Shown here in pieces: positions 1 to 13,304 of a stretch of DNA of 64,000 nucleotides. The notes beneath the pieces were generated by a model. That model searched no databases, had not been told where the DNA came from, and saw nothing but the letters and a program-made list of their open reading frames with translations. This DNA is from Tubiluchus corallicola (taxonomy: Eukaryota; Animalia; Priapulida): the NCBI GenBank assembly GCA_030141605.1, contig JAQGDQ010000931.1:1-64000 (forward strand). Reading direction: 5' to 3'. Each line of letters starts with the position of its first letter. Position 1 is the first letter of the stretch. A program made the position numbers and the translations under genes.

Positions 1-408
1 ACTTATTTACTTTCTTACTTGCTTACTTACTTACTCACTCACTCACTCACTCACTCACTCACTCACTCACTCACTCACTCACTCACTTAGTTACTCACTT
101 ACTTACCTACCAGCCTACCTACCTACCTAACCACTGACCTACCTAGCTAACTACCTACCTACCTACCTACCTACTTACTTTACTTACCTTACTTATTTAC
201 CGTCTTACTTACTTACTGATTTACTTACTTACTTATTTACTTACTTACTTCCCTACCTACCTACCTACCTACCTACCGACCGACCGACCGACCGACCAAC
301 CTATCTACCTACCTACCGACCGACCAACTTATCTACCTACCTAAGTACCTACCTACTTACTTACTTTACCTACCTTACTTATTTACCTTACTGTCTTACT
401 TACTTACC

Positions 409-463
<55 letters not shown>

Positions 464-476
464 CTTACTTACTTAC

Positions 477-529
<53 letters not shown>

Positions 530-606
530 CTACCTACTTACCTTACTCGTTGACTTACTGCTTTACTTACCTTACCTTACCTTACCTTACCTTACCTTAC
601 CTTACT
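1..606. repeat. Compound microsatellite (ACTT/ACTC/ACCT/ACCG tetramers, CTTAC pentamer)
   Basis: Directly visible runs of CTTA, CTCA, CCTA, CCGA and CCTTA. Confidence 0.97.
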
Positions 607-1036
607 TGCACGGGTTTCAAAACGAGTTCAAATCTACTGATGTGGAAGAGCATATCAAACAATGACAAGGCAGGATTTAAGCAGCATACAGATGACACAA
701 TTTTCGCACTTTTACACAAAAGTATATCCTCTTACAGCATTAGCAAAGAGGAACGAACCAGTTAAGAGCTTTGTAAATTGTTTCTGCCTGTAATTACACG
801 TATATTCGTGAAATCGCATCGGCTACGTGGGTGATGCTCATGGAACATTTGGCTCAAATGACCATCACTAATGTACTTCAGAAAAACACCAGTCACGAAT
901 ATGAGACAAGTGAGTAGCAGTAGAGAATGGAAAAAATAAATCATATGATAGATGTAGGAAGGAGCGTGAAATGAAAGACAGGTACCATTCCAGTAGATGT
1001 GATTTTGAATGAAATAATAAAATGAGATAACTAGAC

Positions 1037-1375
1037 GTGAGTGAGAGAGTGAGTGAGTGAATGAGTGAGTGAATGAGTGAGTGAGTGAGTGAATGAGTGA
1101 GAGAGTGAGTGGGTGAGAGAGTGAGTGAGAGAGTGAGTGAGTGAATGAGTGAGTGAGTGAGTGAAAGAGAGTGAGTGAGTGAGTGAGTGAGTGAGTGAGT
1201 GATTGAGTGAGTGAATGAGTGAGTGAATGAGTGAGTGAGTGAGTGAGTGTGAGTGAATGAGTGAGTGAGTGAATGAGTGAGTGAATGAGTGAGAGAGTGA
1301 GTGAATGAGTGAGTGAATGAGTGAGTGAGTGAATGAGTGAGTGAGTGAATGAGTGAGTGAGTGGATGAGTAAGTG

Positions 1376-1410
<35 letters not shown>
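1037..1410. repeat. (GAGT)n/(GAAT)n/(TAAG)n microsatellite
   Basis: Visible tetramer runs; they explain the low-complexity ORFs 868-1458 and 1031-1429. Confidence 0.97.
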
Positions 1411-1411
<1 letters not shown>

Positions 1412-1692
1412 TACATATAATACATACAATGAAATTTATGGGGTTTTACGTGATGCAATAACTTATGGAAACAACAAGGAGATTAACACAAATAATTCAA
1501 TCAGTTGTTCAGAGGAATAGAGAATTAATATTGGAGATTTACTGAAATTTACAGTTGATGGTGCGAATTGCAACTGGACAGAAAGAATTTAAAGTTCTTG
1601 TGGTTTTAGCGTTAATTAAGTGAAATCTCTGACCAGAGGGGGAGCATTTCAAAATATTTATTACCTGGATGATATTCAAATATAAATATAAA

Positions 1693-1706
1693 TATTATTA
1701 TTATTG

Positions 1707-1749
<43 letters not shown>

Positions 1750-1815
1750 CATTATCATTATCATTATCATTATCATTATCATTATCATTATCATTATCAT
1801 TATCATTATCATATC

Positions 1816-1850
<35 letters not shown>
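1693..1850. repeat. (ATT)n/(ATTATC)n microsatellite
   Basis: Visible tri- and hexanucleotide runs. Confidence 0.97.
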
Positions 1851-2048
1851 GAGTTTATTTCGCATAAAAATCTACAGCTTACAAAGACAACAGGATGTTA
1901 GTAAAACAGGTAATACCATGTTAGTAAAGTAACATATCTACAGAAATTCAACTTTGTAATATCCACTCATTTCAGAACGCTTGTAATTATATTACAATAT
2001 AGGGTGTCGCAAGAATCTATAACAGGTATCTTAAAACATAATCTTTAA

Positions 2049-2687
2049 CCCTTATAGGGTCACGATTTTTTACAACCGATTTTGGTAACCGGGGGTAAAA
2101 AATTACCCCCACCATAATTCGTAAATTACTTTTGATAAACCGCCGTGTTTCATTAGTAAACAGCAACAGCATAATTTGTGGTTATGCTGACCACCATAGG
2201 ATACATTATACCTCTGCTTAAAGACATGTGACTTACTAGTAATACGAAATTTAAATTCACTTAGTTTCGTTTGCGGGAAGCATGCGAATAGGACGATCAC
2301 GTATTCTTGCATTGCTTTCCCGTTTGCCACATCTGAAGATGTTGAGTGACTGAGTTTATGATGTGATTGTCTTTGTAGTTGTGAGTAGATTAGTTCTACG
2401 TCAGCATACAGACGTCTGACATTTTGTTTTATCAGATACATCGCCCGTATAATGTATAGAGAAGCGAGGTTAAGTTTCGACAATTTTAAAAAATCGACGT
2501 ATTGCATTTTCACTTTTATTTCGTGGTAAGACAATGCGCCTAAAATAAATAACTGAAAGTATTTTGTGCACAAAACATATTTAGAAAAAGTCATAGAAAA
2601 GGTTTAATGGGATGCGTATGGGAAAAGGGTAAAATGCAAAAAACCGGTCTGGGGGTAATTTTTTACCCCCCGGTGACCCTATAAGGG
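2049..2687. mobile_element. piggyBac-like non-autonomous element (MITE)
   Basis: TTAA on both sides (2045-2048, 2688-2691). TIR CCCTTATAGGGTCAC / GTGACCCTATAAGGG. Asymmetrically spaced sub-terminal inverted repeat CCGGGGGTAAAAAATTACCCCC, as in piggyBac. Confidence 0.85.
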
Positions 2688-3865
2688 TTAAATGAGTTCT
2701 TAACCTTTAAGTTTACATTCTCGTTTAGATCTACAGTACAACCATATTTTAATCTTAAATTTTTTTTTACTGTTATTTACATAGTAGCATAGCTTTGTAA
2801 TTCTCAATGTGCAAGAGTTTACAATTTTTCTCACAAAGTTTAATTTTCGACTATCTATTACATAATTCGCAGGCATTGTGTCACAAAAATAAAATAACTG
2901 TTTCACATTTTCATTTTGTTTAAAACCAAGTCTTTTTCTATAAGCGCTGTTCCATTTTACCCTAATGGCATTGACTTCATTGTTTGACGTACCTTATTAT
3001 TATTATATTATTAATTCTTTATTTGTCATTAAAATGGTTCACTCATTATAATAAAATTGAGTAAGCCTCAGCATAATGTTAAGATAACAACACTGTTCAA
3101 GACAAATGCGTCCAGTGCAGACTAAAAAAACTAAAGTGCAAAACTAAGGTCTAAATATATACAATAAATGAACATATTTACAAACACCATATTAAAATAT
3201 TTTTACAAAACAATATTACAAAAGTACATTCAATTTTACATGACATATTTTACACTATATATACATTTGACATGACACAATTAACAGAAACATGCGATAC
3301 ATTACATAAATTTCACTCATTACATTTACACTATTTATACATTTGACATTACAAAACTAGCATAACACGTATTACATTACATAATTTTTTAAAAAATTTC
3401 CATTCTTAATCGTTTTATGGAGTCAGGGGCGGGGGGGGGGTAGATGAAAGTTGAGTCTGTGTAATTAGTATCAGATGCACAACGTGGAAGTTGAAAACTG
3501 ACTAATGATAACTTACGCTTTCTTTAAAAATGTGAAAAGTGACATATTAGACACTCCGTATAATGATGTAAAGTAAAGGAAGAAAAATTTGAAAGGATGA
3601 AAGCAAATACAACAACCTAAAAATGAACTGAAATACATTAACTGATCTCATAGTTATCTAAAGCATTATTTAGCTTCATGTAGCAGTTGATTAGTCTGTA
3701 AATAATGTGATGGTAGTAATTTGGTTTGGTCCAAGTCACCTATACAATGCACGCGCACACGCATGCGCACACGCACGCACACATATTAAGAAAGACAGCA
3801 GCACGCTTATAACAATTAGCTTAATGGCTAATTAACCGAAGAAGAAGATGCTGAAAAAACTGTGT

Positions 3866-3905
3866 GTCAACTAGGATTCGAACCAGGAACCTGCGCTACA
3901 GCACT
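3866..3905 (-). mobile_element. tRNA-derived SINE head fragment
   Basis: Reverse strand reads GGTTCCTGGTTCGAATCCTAG (Pol III B-box); no complete cloverleaf. Confidence 0.4.
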
Positions 3906-4338
3906 CAGAACACATGTACACACAGAACGCACGTATGTACACGCAGAACACACACACACAGAACAAATGCACACACACACAGAACACACGTATGTACACG
4001 CAGAACATACACACGCGTACACAGAACATATGCATACACACGCACGCATGCACACACATGCGTGCATGTGCACACACATGCACACACACACATGTACACA
4101 CAGAACAAATGCACACACTCACACACACGCATGCACGCACACGCACACACACACACACGCATGCACCGACCCACACACACGCATGAACGCACACACACGC
4201 ATGCACGTATGCACGCACACACATACACACACACACGCATGCACGTACGCACGCACACACACACACACACGCACGCACGCACACAGAACATATGCACACA
4301 CCCACACACACCCATGCATGCATGCACGCAAACACGCG
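3905..4338. repeat. Degenerate (CA)n/(CACG)n low-complexity tract
   Basis: Visible CA-rich array; explains the seven overlapping HT/VC-rich ORFs. Confidence 0.95.
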
Positions 4339-4874
4339 ACTATAGAAAACTTTAACACACTAAAACTAAAAGAACAATTTCCTTCCCCAAGTTTAAAAAT
4401 TTCACGTATTTCAAACAAAAAACCAAAGCTTGGGTACTCAGGGTACATTTGTAATTTGTTTTTCTGCATAAAACTGTGTCAGTTTTATAGATCTGATCTT
4501 ACACACATTACTTACATTGCTTACAAATTGATTCATTAATTTCTCATTCAATCGCGTCATAATCATAACAGACAGACAGACACTGAGTAAATTTAGAAAA
4601 CTGATAAACTCTCCAGGCTGTGTTTGTTTGGCCCCTGATTGAAAGTTTATTTTTATCTGACAAAAACAAACGTGGATGTTTTTTTTATAAAAATATTAGA
4701 CCAGAAATCATCATCTAATGTTAATATGAATCACAAGAAGACAACTGATTTTGCATAAAGAAAATTTGACAATAACAACAAAAAGAAAGACATCATGTTT
4801 CAGCCCATATGGTGGGTTGTTCTTCAGGCAAAAAGAAAAACGCACAAATAATCACCAAATACTATTTTTGAGGA

Positions 4875-5360
4875 GGGGGGGGGGCAAGCCAGTCCAACTC
4901 AGTGCCGGTCGCAAGCCCGGATAAATAGGGAGGGTTAGGGTCAGGAAGGATATCCGCCTGTAAAAACTGCGCCAAAACCTTCTGTGAATGAGTCGGTGAG
5001 ACTTAAAGGGAAAGTCCACAAAGAAGTGGTCAGACCCGCTCTAATCTATGGGCTGGAAGCAGCTTCTCTAAAGAAGACCGAAGAGAAGAAAATGGGTGTG
5101 GTGGAGATGAGGATGTTGAGACGGATGGTGGGAATAACGAGAAGAGATAAAATTAGAAATAATAATATCAGAGGAACAGTAAAAGTAGTGGAAGCCTTGC
5201 AAGATTGCGATGGTATGGACACCTGAAAAGAAGAGTCGGTGAAGATCTTGCGGGAAGGGAAGACATAAATGAAGAGATGGTCAACAACAGGAATGCGTGG
5301 AGAAGACTCACTCACAATGGCGACCCCGCATAGGGAGAAGCTGGGAAGAAGAAGAAGAAG
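4875..5360 (+). mobile_element. Internally deleted RTE-clade LINE (non-autonomous, bipartite)
   Basis: 14-bp TSD ACTATTTTTGAGGA (4861-4874, 5361-5374) and (GAA)n tail. Translation LKGKVHKEVVRPALIYGLE...EMRMLRRMVGITRRDKIRN matches the region downstream of RT in RTE ORFs. Confidence 0.88.
4888..4940 (+). ncRNA. Twister ribozyme remnant at the 5' end of the RTE element
   Basis: GCCGGTCGCAAGCCCGGATAAATAGGGAGGG (4904-4934) closely follows the type-P1 twister core GCCGGUCCCAAGCCCGGAUAAAnnnGGAGGG. There is one C>G change in the loop and the 5' P1 strand is absent. Confidence 0.65.
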
Positions 5361-5696
5361 ACTATTTTTGAGGATTTGCATGCTAACAGATCAATAATTA
5401 ATTAGTATAATGATCTTAATGCCAAGACTATTATTAGTGTCGGTACGAACCCACAATTCATTAAATTTTGATATGACACTTGAAAGGCAGGACACGTGAA
5501 AAAGTTGGAAATCCAGTTCAGAGCTTGGACTTGAGCCCAACACCTGATTTGTAGAGCGGTTAATGTTTTTTCTCATTATTTTTCCACTCTATCACTCCAT
5601 TAATCAAATACCAAGTGTCTCAATAGTTAGCTTAAGAAAAATACATTTTACAGCACAAATAATTCTTTGTTTAACCCTGTCTTCTTCTAACATATC

Positions 5697-5990
5697 ACAA
5701 ACAGTTTTGTTGTTTGTCCTTTCTGTTTAACCCACCACAAATTGTTAGTAACAACATACATTCTTAAAGGAAGACAGAATGATTTTTCCCATAAACACAA
5801 ACAGTTTTATTGTTTGTCCTTTCTGTTTAACCCACCACAAATTGTTAGTAACAACATACATTCTTAAAGGAAGACAGAATGATTTTTCCCATAAACACAA
5901 ACAGTTTCATTGTTTGTCCTTTCTGTTTAACCCACCACAAATTGTTAGTAACTACACACATTCTTAAAGGAAGACGGGATGATTTTTCAC
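5697..5990. repeat. 100-bp tandem repeat, about 3 copies
   Basis: TTCTTAAAGGAAGAC recurs at 5761, 5861 and 5961; the last copy runs into the dispersed element starting at 5964. Confidence 0.9.
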
Positions 5991-6470
5991 ATACTACCCC
6001 ATTTTCAAATCCAATAAAAAGTGAACACTTTAACACATTTAATACTGCAAAAGCGTTTCTCATAATAAAATAATAGACTAAAAACTTAATTAACGGCGAG
6101 CAAGCCCAACTATTGATGACATCACAAACGAACATAATTTTCAACAGCAAAAATATTCCATGAGCGTGTTGCATGCGTTTACAAAAGCGAAAATTGAAGT
6201 ACAGTGCTACTGTAAGATATTCAGTGTGTTGCTGAAAAAACTAGGCAAGCTCCAAGATAAAAATTCAAATTTACCACTGTGATCACCCATGACCTATCGA
6301 ACGTGCTAACACGTTTGACCTGAGAGGTACAGCACCTATTTTTTCTTCAATGCCCGTATTGTTTTCGAAATGCACGTAACAGCGAAGAACTAATGGCGCA
6401 AATGCGAAATTGCGTTTGTGTAGTAATAACTCTTTCGCATAAGTCGTGTTTGAAAAAAATACTATGTTTC
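5964..6470 (+). mobile_element. Dispersed non-autonomous repeat beginning TTAAAGG (Kolobok-like terminus)
   Basis: Homologous to about 15559-16100 (same strand) and about 14625-14900 (reverse); shared start TTAAAGGAAGACrGGATGATTTTTCA. Confidence 0.6.
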
Positions 6471-7192
6471 ATTCAACACAGTGTCATTGTGACATGTTGT
6501 ATTAAATGCATTATTTCTCTTAATCAATGGACTCTGTGCTCAATCTATCACTGTGTTCTTTCATGTGTGATGATTTTTTATGATTATAATGAATTTTCCA
6601 CGATATTAAATTCATATCAAAAGATAGTTTATTACTATCCATGCTTTTTCTTCTTCACCAGAAGAATTCCCCGCAGCGTTGAGCTGAAATATCACACCAT
6701 TTCTTTCATTATTGTGCTTTTTTTATTAATTGTACGTATTCTTCTCATTATTAATTGCCCACGTGTTGCTGATGCTGCATCTTTTCAAAGCAACACCGAG
6801 AGGCGCTTGACGACTATCTCTCCGTAAACAAAAATACACCGTTAAATGTCACGATTGCACGCATGAATAAAATCAAAGCAATTCAGATCTTGTCGACAGA
6901 AGAAAGAAAGAAAGAAATTCTTCAATAGCGCTGGGCTGGTTGGTCGCGCGGATAATAAGCAGGCAATCTTATTAGGAGATTTACTGCTATTACAGCGGGG
7001 AGTAAAAAATCCAGGTGAGTGGGCAGGTGTTCTTTTAACGAGATAAAGATGAAATGATGGCGCTCAATGAATGTACTAAGCGCATACAAGCGAAACCCTG
7101 CGAAATAATACTGATTTAATTTCTTAATTTTGATGTAAATAATTATAATAGCAAGGCTACTAGTGCAATAGTTCTACTCATAAGCTGTAAGG

Positions 7193-7682
7193 CAGGGGTG
7201 GGCAAATTGTGGCCCCCCGAGAGAATTTGTGCGGCCCGCGAAGAGATTTGTCAACCTAATGAAAGTGCGGCCCGGGCGATTAATTGAGTGTATCCAGCTG
7301 AAGTCCGTGCCACAATCCCAAAGATAGTGCAGGTAGTTTTTTCTACTAGATCGGATGCCATTAACCCTTACAAGACGTTTGTAGCTTAATGTCACTGTAC
7401 TACACAGACTGTGTGATACACATTACTAATATGTATTGTAATGAAATTACCACTATCTGTCCCGAAAGTAGAATATATGGTTGGTAATATAAATTTTAAT
7501 TACTTCTAAAATAGTTTCTTTAGTTTAGTAGTGCAATAGTAATGATGTACGCACACCGGATGCAAAAAAAATCGTTATTAGGTCCAACTGTACTTGGCTC
7601 CTTGATCAAACTGCCTGTGGCCCGCAGGAATTGCGGGAAAGTTTAATGTGGCCCGGCTAGTCAGATAATTTGCACACCCCTG
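7193..7682. mobile_element. hAT-family MITE, copy 1
   Basis: TIR CAGGGGTGGGCAAAT...ATTTGCACACCCCTG; 8-bp TSD CTGTAAGG; second copy at 27656-28155. Confidence 0.92.
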
Positions 7683-7890
7683 CTGTAAGGGATTGTCTCA
7701 ATGCTCGACTTGCTATTAGACTGGTCCCTAAATCTCTTGAGGTGCCTGAAGAGGACAGTGAAAATAGGAAAGGTCACTAGTGCACTAGTTCTTTCCAGTT
7801 TTTGTCTAATTCGACTAAAAGAATTGCCCAAAGTTTGCATTCATCTGTATCAATTTTCAAACATTTTGGTTTGATTTCTAAAAAATATGG

Positions 7891-7916
7891 AAAGTAAGTA
7901 AGTAAGTAAGTAAGTG

Positions 7917-7979
<63 letters not shown>

Positions 7980-7992
7980 GAGTAAGTAAGTG
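7891..7992. repeat. (TAAG)n microsatellite
   Basis: Visible run. Confidence 0.97.
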
Positions 7993-9117
7993 AGCAAAAT
8001 TGAGGGTAACGGAATTTTGTTTAATTATGTAACACAGTAAACGTCCAACTGCCGAAACTAGCACGTCGTTGGAGGACACTACTCTCACATCCGGGGCTAC
8101 AAAATTTGAAATTATCGCATATCACACATTTCGCAAAAGTGAGTTTTTCGCAAAACTGCTTGTATATTTTATTTGGTCTTAAAGTGGAAAAAGCCAGGCA
8201 CACGGGTAAGCTTATTGGGCAGCAGATGTGTTAATGCGAAGCTAATGTTAATGTTAATAAATAGCAGATCTATTACTAGATTTAAAAAAATGCTAAAAAA
8301 TCAAATTTCAAGTAAGCATCAGTGAGTAATCAAAATTTCTATTAGTATCCATCCTCACAGTAGTTGCAAAACAGTGGTGTTAGCTTAATCAAGTTATCTT
8401 AATTTTACATACTATTAACAAATAATAGTCTTTCTATCTTATATATCATCCCATATATGAGCTTCATTCATTACATCATTCCATTTTAAGCATTAATGTT
8501 TTTTTATCACACGATTCACTTTAAATTTTCAGATTATTTCCATTACTTTTTTTCTATCACTGTGTGGGACAATCTAACAAGCCCTGCTTTCTGATTGCCC
8601 GCAACACATTTACATTCGTGTATAGGTGAACAGTGTTTGAGGCTTTTCCTGTGCAGTATTTCTTATTTGTATTATGTTCATTGTAGGCCCTTTCACTAGA
8701 TATTGTACATGAAACTATTGTAAATGTGTAATGTGAAATAAATGACTTATGACTTATGACTAAGCTCTGACATTGGCAACAACAACTTATCAAATAGTAT
8801 TTAACTGAATAGAAATTGAATAAGACAGATTTGATTCAGTTTTGAATCAAGTACGATAAATGACCTGCTTATTGGAATGAGAGGTGGGAGGGTGCAAAAT
8901 GGGTAGCTCTGATCTGGTCACACACAGCTTTTGCTCATTTACGAAGTTAAACAGCATCATGCCTGGTAAGTAAACGGATGGAAGAGTTGCAGGAGAATTG
9001 CTGTCGAACAGTCTCATCGGGCACCACATCTCCAATCATCCGCTTCGTTGAAAGAGAACATATGCTCATCTGCATAAGGCTGAAACACCTTAGATGCTTA
9101 AGATTCTGAAACTCCAG

Positions 9118-9845
9118 GTCGTGTTCCAACTACAAACTAGTCCGCTGTGCTACAGAAAGCCGGGACAGGGTCGTGTTCCAACTACAAACTAGTCCGCTGT
9201 GCTACAGAAAGCCGGGACAGGGTCGTGTTCCAACTACAAACTAGTCCGCTGTGCTACAGAAAGCCGGGACAGGGTCGTGTTCCAACTACAAACTAGTCCG
9301 CTGTGCTACAGAAAGCCGGGACAGGGTCGCGTTCCAACTACAAACTAGTCTGCTGTGCTACAGAAAGCCGGGACAGGGTCGCGTTCCAACTACAAACTAG
9401 TCTGCTGTGCTACAGAAAGCCGGGACAGGGTCGTGTTCCAACTACAAACTAGTCTGCTGTGCTACAGAAAGCCGGGACAGGGTCGCGTTCCAACTACAAA
9501 CTAGTCCGCTGTGCTACAGAAAGCCGGGACAGGGTCGTGTTCCAACTACAAACTTGTCCGCTGTGCTACAGAAAGCCGGGACAGGGTCGCGTTCCAACTA
9601 CAAACTAGTCCGCTGTGCTACAGAAAGCCGGGACAGGGTCGTGTTCCAACTACAAACTAGTCCGCTGTGCTACAGAAAGCCGGGACAGGGTCGCGTTCCA
9701 ACTACAAACTAGTCCGCTGTGCTACAGAAAGCCGGGACAGGGTCGCGTTCCAACTACAAACTAGTCCGCTGTGCTACAGAAAGCCGGGACAGGGTCGTGT
9801 TCCAACTACAAACTAGTCCGCTGTGCTACAGAAAGCCGGGACAGG
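9118..9845. repeat. 52-bp minisatellite, about 14 copies
   Basis: Unit GTCGTGTTCCAACTACAAACTAGTCCGCTGTGCTACAGAAAGCCGGGACAGG, period 52, with a few C/T variants and no spacers. Confidence 0.97.
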
Positions 9846-10369
9846 TTTGTGTATGGTGTGAACGTTTAGGGTGCTGAAGCATTACAGAAAAATGTCCATA
9901 ATTTCTACATTTAAGAAGAAGAACGAAGAAGTATAGAAGAAGTATTAAGGTTATTGTCCCTGGCATGAATCCTACTGATTTTTTGCAGTGACTCAGCTGA
10001 ATGATTTGTTTCTGTTCACATTCTTATGTGAATCTAATCTTCATTTTCACCATCATCTCATTCACTCTTCATTGTCACTTCCTTGTCCTTACTACCCTCC
10101 CTTGCATTTCATTTTTTGCTTTTTTATTCTGCACCTTTCACTTTTTCTCTTTCCATTTTACCTTCTCCTCAGTCCTGTACGAATTCTACCTTCCTGCACC
10201 TTTCACCTTTTCTTTTTCCATTCTGCCCTCTGCTCAGTCCTGTACAAGTTCTACCTTCTTGGTCGGGCACAGATATATTAATGTCTGGTGAATTTAAACT
10301 TTGTTCATTTGTTGTAGTAACAGCTTCTTTGTAAAATATGTAACAATGCTGTATTTATGGCATTTTAGA

Positions 10370-10372
<3 letters not shown>

Positions 10373-10400
<28 letters not shown>

Positions 10401-10878
10401 CTAAACTAAACTAAACTAAACTAAACTAAACTAAACTAAACTAAACTAAACTAAACTAAACTAAACTAAACTAAACTAAACTGAAACTAAACTGAAACTG
10501 AAACTGAAACTGAAACTGAAGTAAAGTAAAGTAAAGTAAAGTAAAGTAAAGTAAAGTAAAGTAAAGTAAAGTAACATACAGTAAAGTAAAGTAAAGTACA
10601 GGTAGTAAAGTATAGTAAAGTAAAGTAAAGTAAAGTAAAGTAAAGTAAAGTAAAGTAAAGTAAAGTAAAGTAAAGTAAAGTAAACTAAACTAAACTAAAC
10701 TAAACTAAACTAAACTAAAACTAAAACTAAAACTAAACTAAACTAAACTAAACTAAACTAAACTAAACTAAACTAAACTAAACTAAACTAAACTAAACTA
10801 AACTAAACTAAACTAAACTAAACTAAACTAAACTAAACTAAACTAAACTAAACTAAACTAAACTAAACTAAACTAAAC
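10373..10878. repeat. (CTAAA)n/(CTGAAA)n/(GTAAA)n microsatellite
   Basis: Visible penta- and hexamer runs. Confidence 0.97.
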
Positions 10879-11700
10879 ATTAAAAAATCACCATGTTGCG
10901 AAGTTTGAGAAAACATTTTAACCAAGCTTCCAAGCTAATAAAGCAGAAATGTTACAACTCCTGGGACGAATTCAACATTCCGAAAAGTGATTTTTACCGG
11001 AAACGGTCGAGTTGGGACTTCACATAAGTGTCTCCCAACACATTAAATCAGCAGCGAAGCACATTCACACGTAAGACTGACACCTGCCGCTACGTTTTAT
11101 TAGAAATCACGCAAGGCACACACTGGAGATTACAAGTACACGTAATACAAGCCGAGCCACAAAGAAATATTAATCTAAACAGGCAGGTGATTGGGAACAC
11201 GAGCAGTTTAAGATGATTAAGGTGTTTTAAGAAAACGGAAACATAAAAACATTCAGGCTGCAAACGTGCAAATGTGTTTAAATGCGGGTAAAACAGTTTG
11301 GCAAACGCTTGTAGTGCAGAGGCCTATGTAGTATCACACAGTGAGAAACACGTTAATTTTTACATTGAATATTACTTAAAAACTTAAGATGTGTACATCG
11401 TAAAAAGTCTTGTGTCGGTTTTTTAAACACTTGTAAGTTTAAAATTTAAAATGGCGTCCAAAATGGCCGCCAACTATTCAGGATGGCCTCTAATTAAGTG
11501 AAACAATAAGTCTTAAAATGATAGACAATGTCAAGAATTAACAAGTGTTAATTCATACGAAATTAAATAAGCTTCTGAATTATTTTTGATTCATTTATAA
11601 ACTTGCGCAAGTTTACGTACGATCGATACGTGATGTATGAAGGTCACAATGATAACACTGACAAAGTACCCTACAACTACTTGGGAAATGAACGGTGTGT

Positions 11701-12013
11701 AATCAGCATTTGCAGTGCCTAACCAGTATTTACAGTGCATAGTCATCATTTACAGTGCACAGTCAGCATTTACAGGGCATAACCAGCACTTACAGTGCAT
11801 AATCAGCATTTACAGCGTATAACCATCATTGACAGAGCATAATCAGCATGTACATAATCAGAATTTACAGCGCACAATCACCATTAACAGCGCATAATCA
11901 GCATTTACAGTGCATAATCAGTATTTACAGTGTATAACCAGCATTGACAGAGCATAATCAGCATGTACATAATCAGAATTTACAGTGTATAGTCAGCATT
12001 TACGGCGCATAAT
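11701..12013. repeat. Degenerate 20-bp minisatellite
   Basis: Consensus AATCAGCATTTACAGTGCAT repeated about 15 times. Confidence 0.9.
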
Positions 12014-12528
12014 CCACGTTGAAGTTGAGGTGCATTCTGCACACTGAAAAACATAACCTTGAGAAAATTACTGTTAAAGTCAGCCATTGTTTTTTGTCGC
12101 GTTTGTACAAAACACTCTATGGATTTTACAAGAGCAAATTGAAGTTGCGTTTAAATCCAGTAGATGGCTCTTCCAGATGAAGATCTGCGTTTGTCAACAG
12201 AAAAAACCCGTAAACAAAATGGCGGCTTTCACGAGCTACAATCGGGGTTTGAATGTACAAGTTTTTTACAATTGCAGTACTAGTTTCTAGACAGAAAAAT
12301 GGATAAGGAGTTATAAAATTAGATTTTTAGTATTTTTTGGACATTTTCCTGATAATTTGATGCTAGACTATAAAAGTCGAATATATTTAGCAATTGTTTT
12401 TATTGTTTTAACCAAACTTTTGGGTTATTCTACTTGAAACATCATAACGTAGTTTTAACTATGCCGACTAATGGACGGTTTTGGTTTGCAAGCACACGTA
12501 TAACATTTATGTCATAACTATGGCTTAC

Positions 12529-12660
12529 CTCTGTACGTATTTCTAACACCGACTTGAAATCGTTCGACATAGACGCGAGTTTTGACTGCAGCGCCACCAC
12601 GACAGCATTCGAGTGAGTCTGTCTGTGACGTCCGTTTTGGCCTCCACTTGAACGTACAAA
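12529..12660 (-). CDS. STX5: Syntaxin-5, coding exon 6
   Basis: tttcag|FVRSSGGQNGRHRQTHSNAVVVALQSKLASMSNDFKSVLEIRTE|gtaagc; 132 nt, phase 0-0; near-identical to the syntaxin-5 Hc helix. Confidence 0.96.
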
Positions 12661-12750
12661 CTGAAATAGTTAAAAATATATACATACGAACGACTGTCGA
12701 CTAAAAGAGTTTTGTACCTTGTATACAGCAATGATGTCCTTCACTTAAAA

Positions 12751-13092
12751 CAGTGGTTCCCAAACTAGGGGTAAATTACCCCCCGGGGGTAATATGGTTT
12801 TTTTGGGGGGTAACGGGCACCCCTCTGAAAATTTTTAAAACTTCGCTCGGAATGCATTTTACGTAGTTTTCTTCTTGAAGAGACTGCCTCCGGTAATACT
12901 TGTTTTGGCAACAATACAACAACAACACCTGGAAATTTATTTATGTCACGAGCAAACATAAATAATTTTGCTTGCTTGTGGCATATACGTGTGTTTACTT
13001 TTTGAGTTGGAGAAGTAGTACTAGGTGGGGGTAATGGACAAGACCGGGTTTCCCGATTTGGGTAACGGTCCGAGAAAGTTTGGGAACCACTG
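12751..13092. mobile_element. hAT (Charlie-like) MITE
   Basis: TIR CAGTGGTTCCCAAACT...AGTTTGGGAACCACTG; perfect 8-bp TSD ACTTAAAA. Confidence 0.92.
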
Positions 13093-13304
13093 ACTTAAAA
13101 CATGAACTGTATTTTATCCTTTCGACGTGTGTATATGATTGCGCTTTAACTGATGACACACACATGAGAAAGTCACTGCTAAATTTATAAATTCATTGTA
13201 TGCGAGTCGTATTAAAACAATAGTTTCTGGTTTGTACATCACATGTTAATTATAACTGGCATGTTAATTGTGTATTAATTACTGTAGATAAAGAACTAAT
13301 ATTA

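Noticed and set aside
870-879. AATGTACTTC as a second nanopore adapter
   Set aside because: Only 10 nt match and it diverges immediately; expected by chance.
606-1010. Possible exon between two microsatellites
   Set aside because: No recognisable peptide and no convincing acceptor; the apparent donor is just the edge of the CTTAC repeat.
868-4539. Long low-complexity ORFs (LTHS-, HY-, HT-, VC-rich)
   Set aside because: Translations of microsatellites that are open in several frames.
8947-9106. Next STX5 exon (tttcag|NLKH...)
   Set aside because: Only NLK matches the expected NLKxQxxRREQFS; the rest is unrelated and hits a stop.
9118-9845. CRISPR-like array (also 18761-19061, 38575-39158, 43184-43646)
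   Set aside because: Head-to-tail units with no unique spacers, no cas genes, eukaryotic context.
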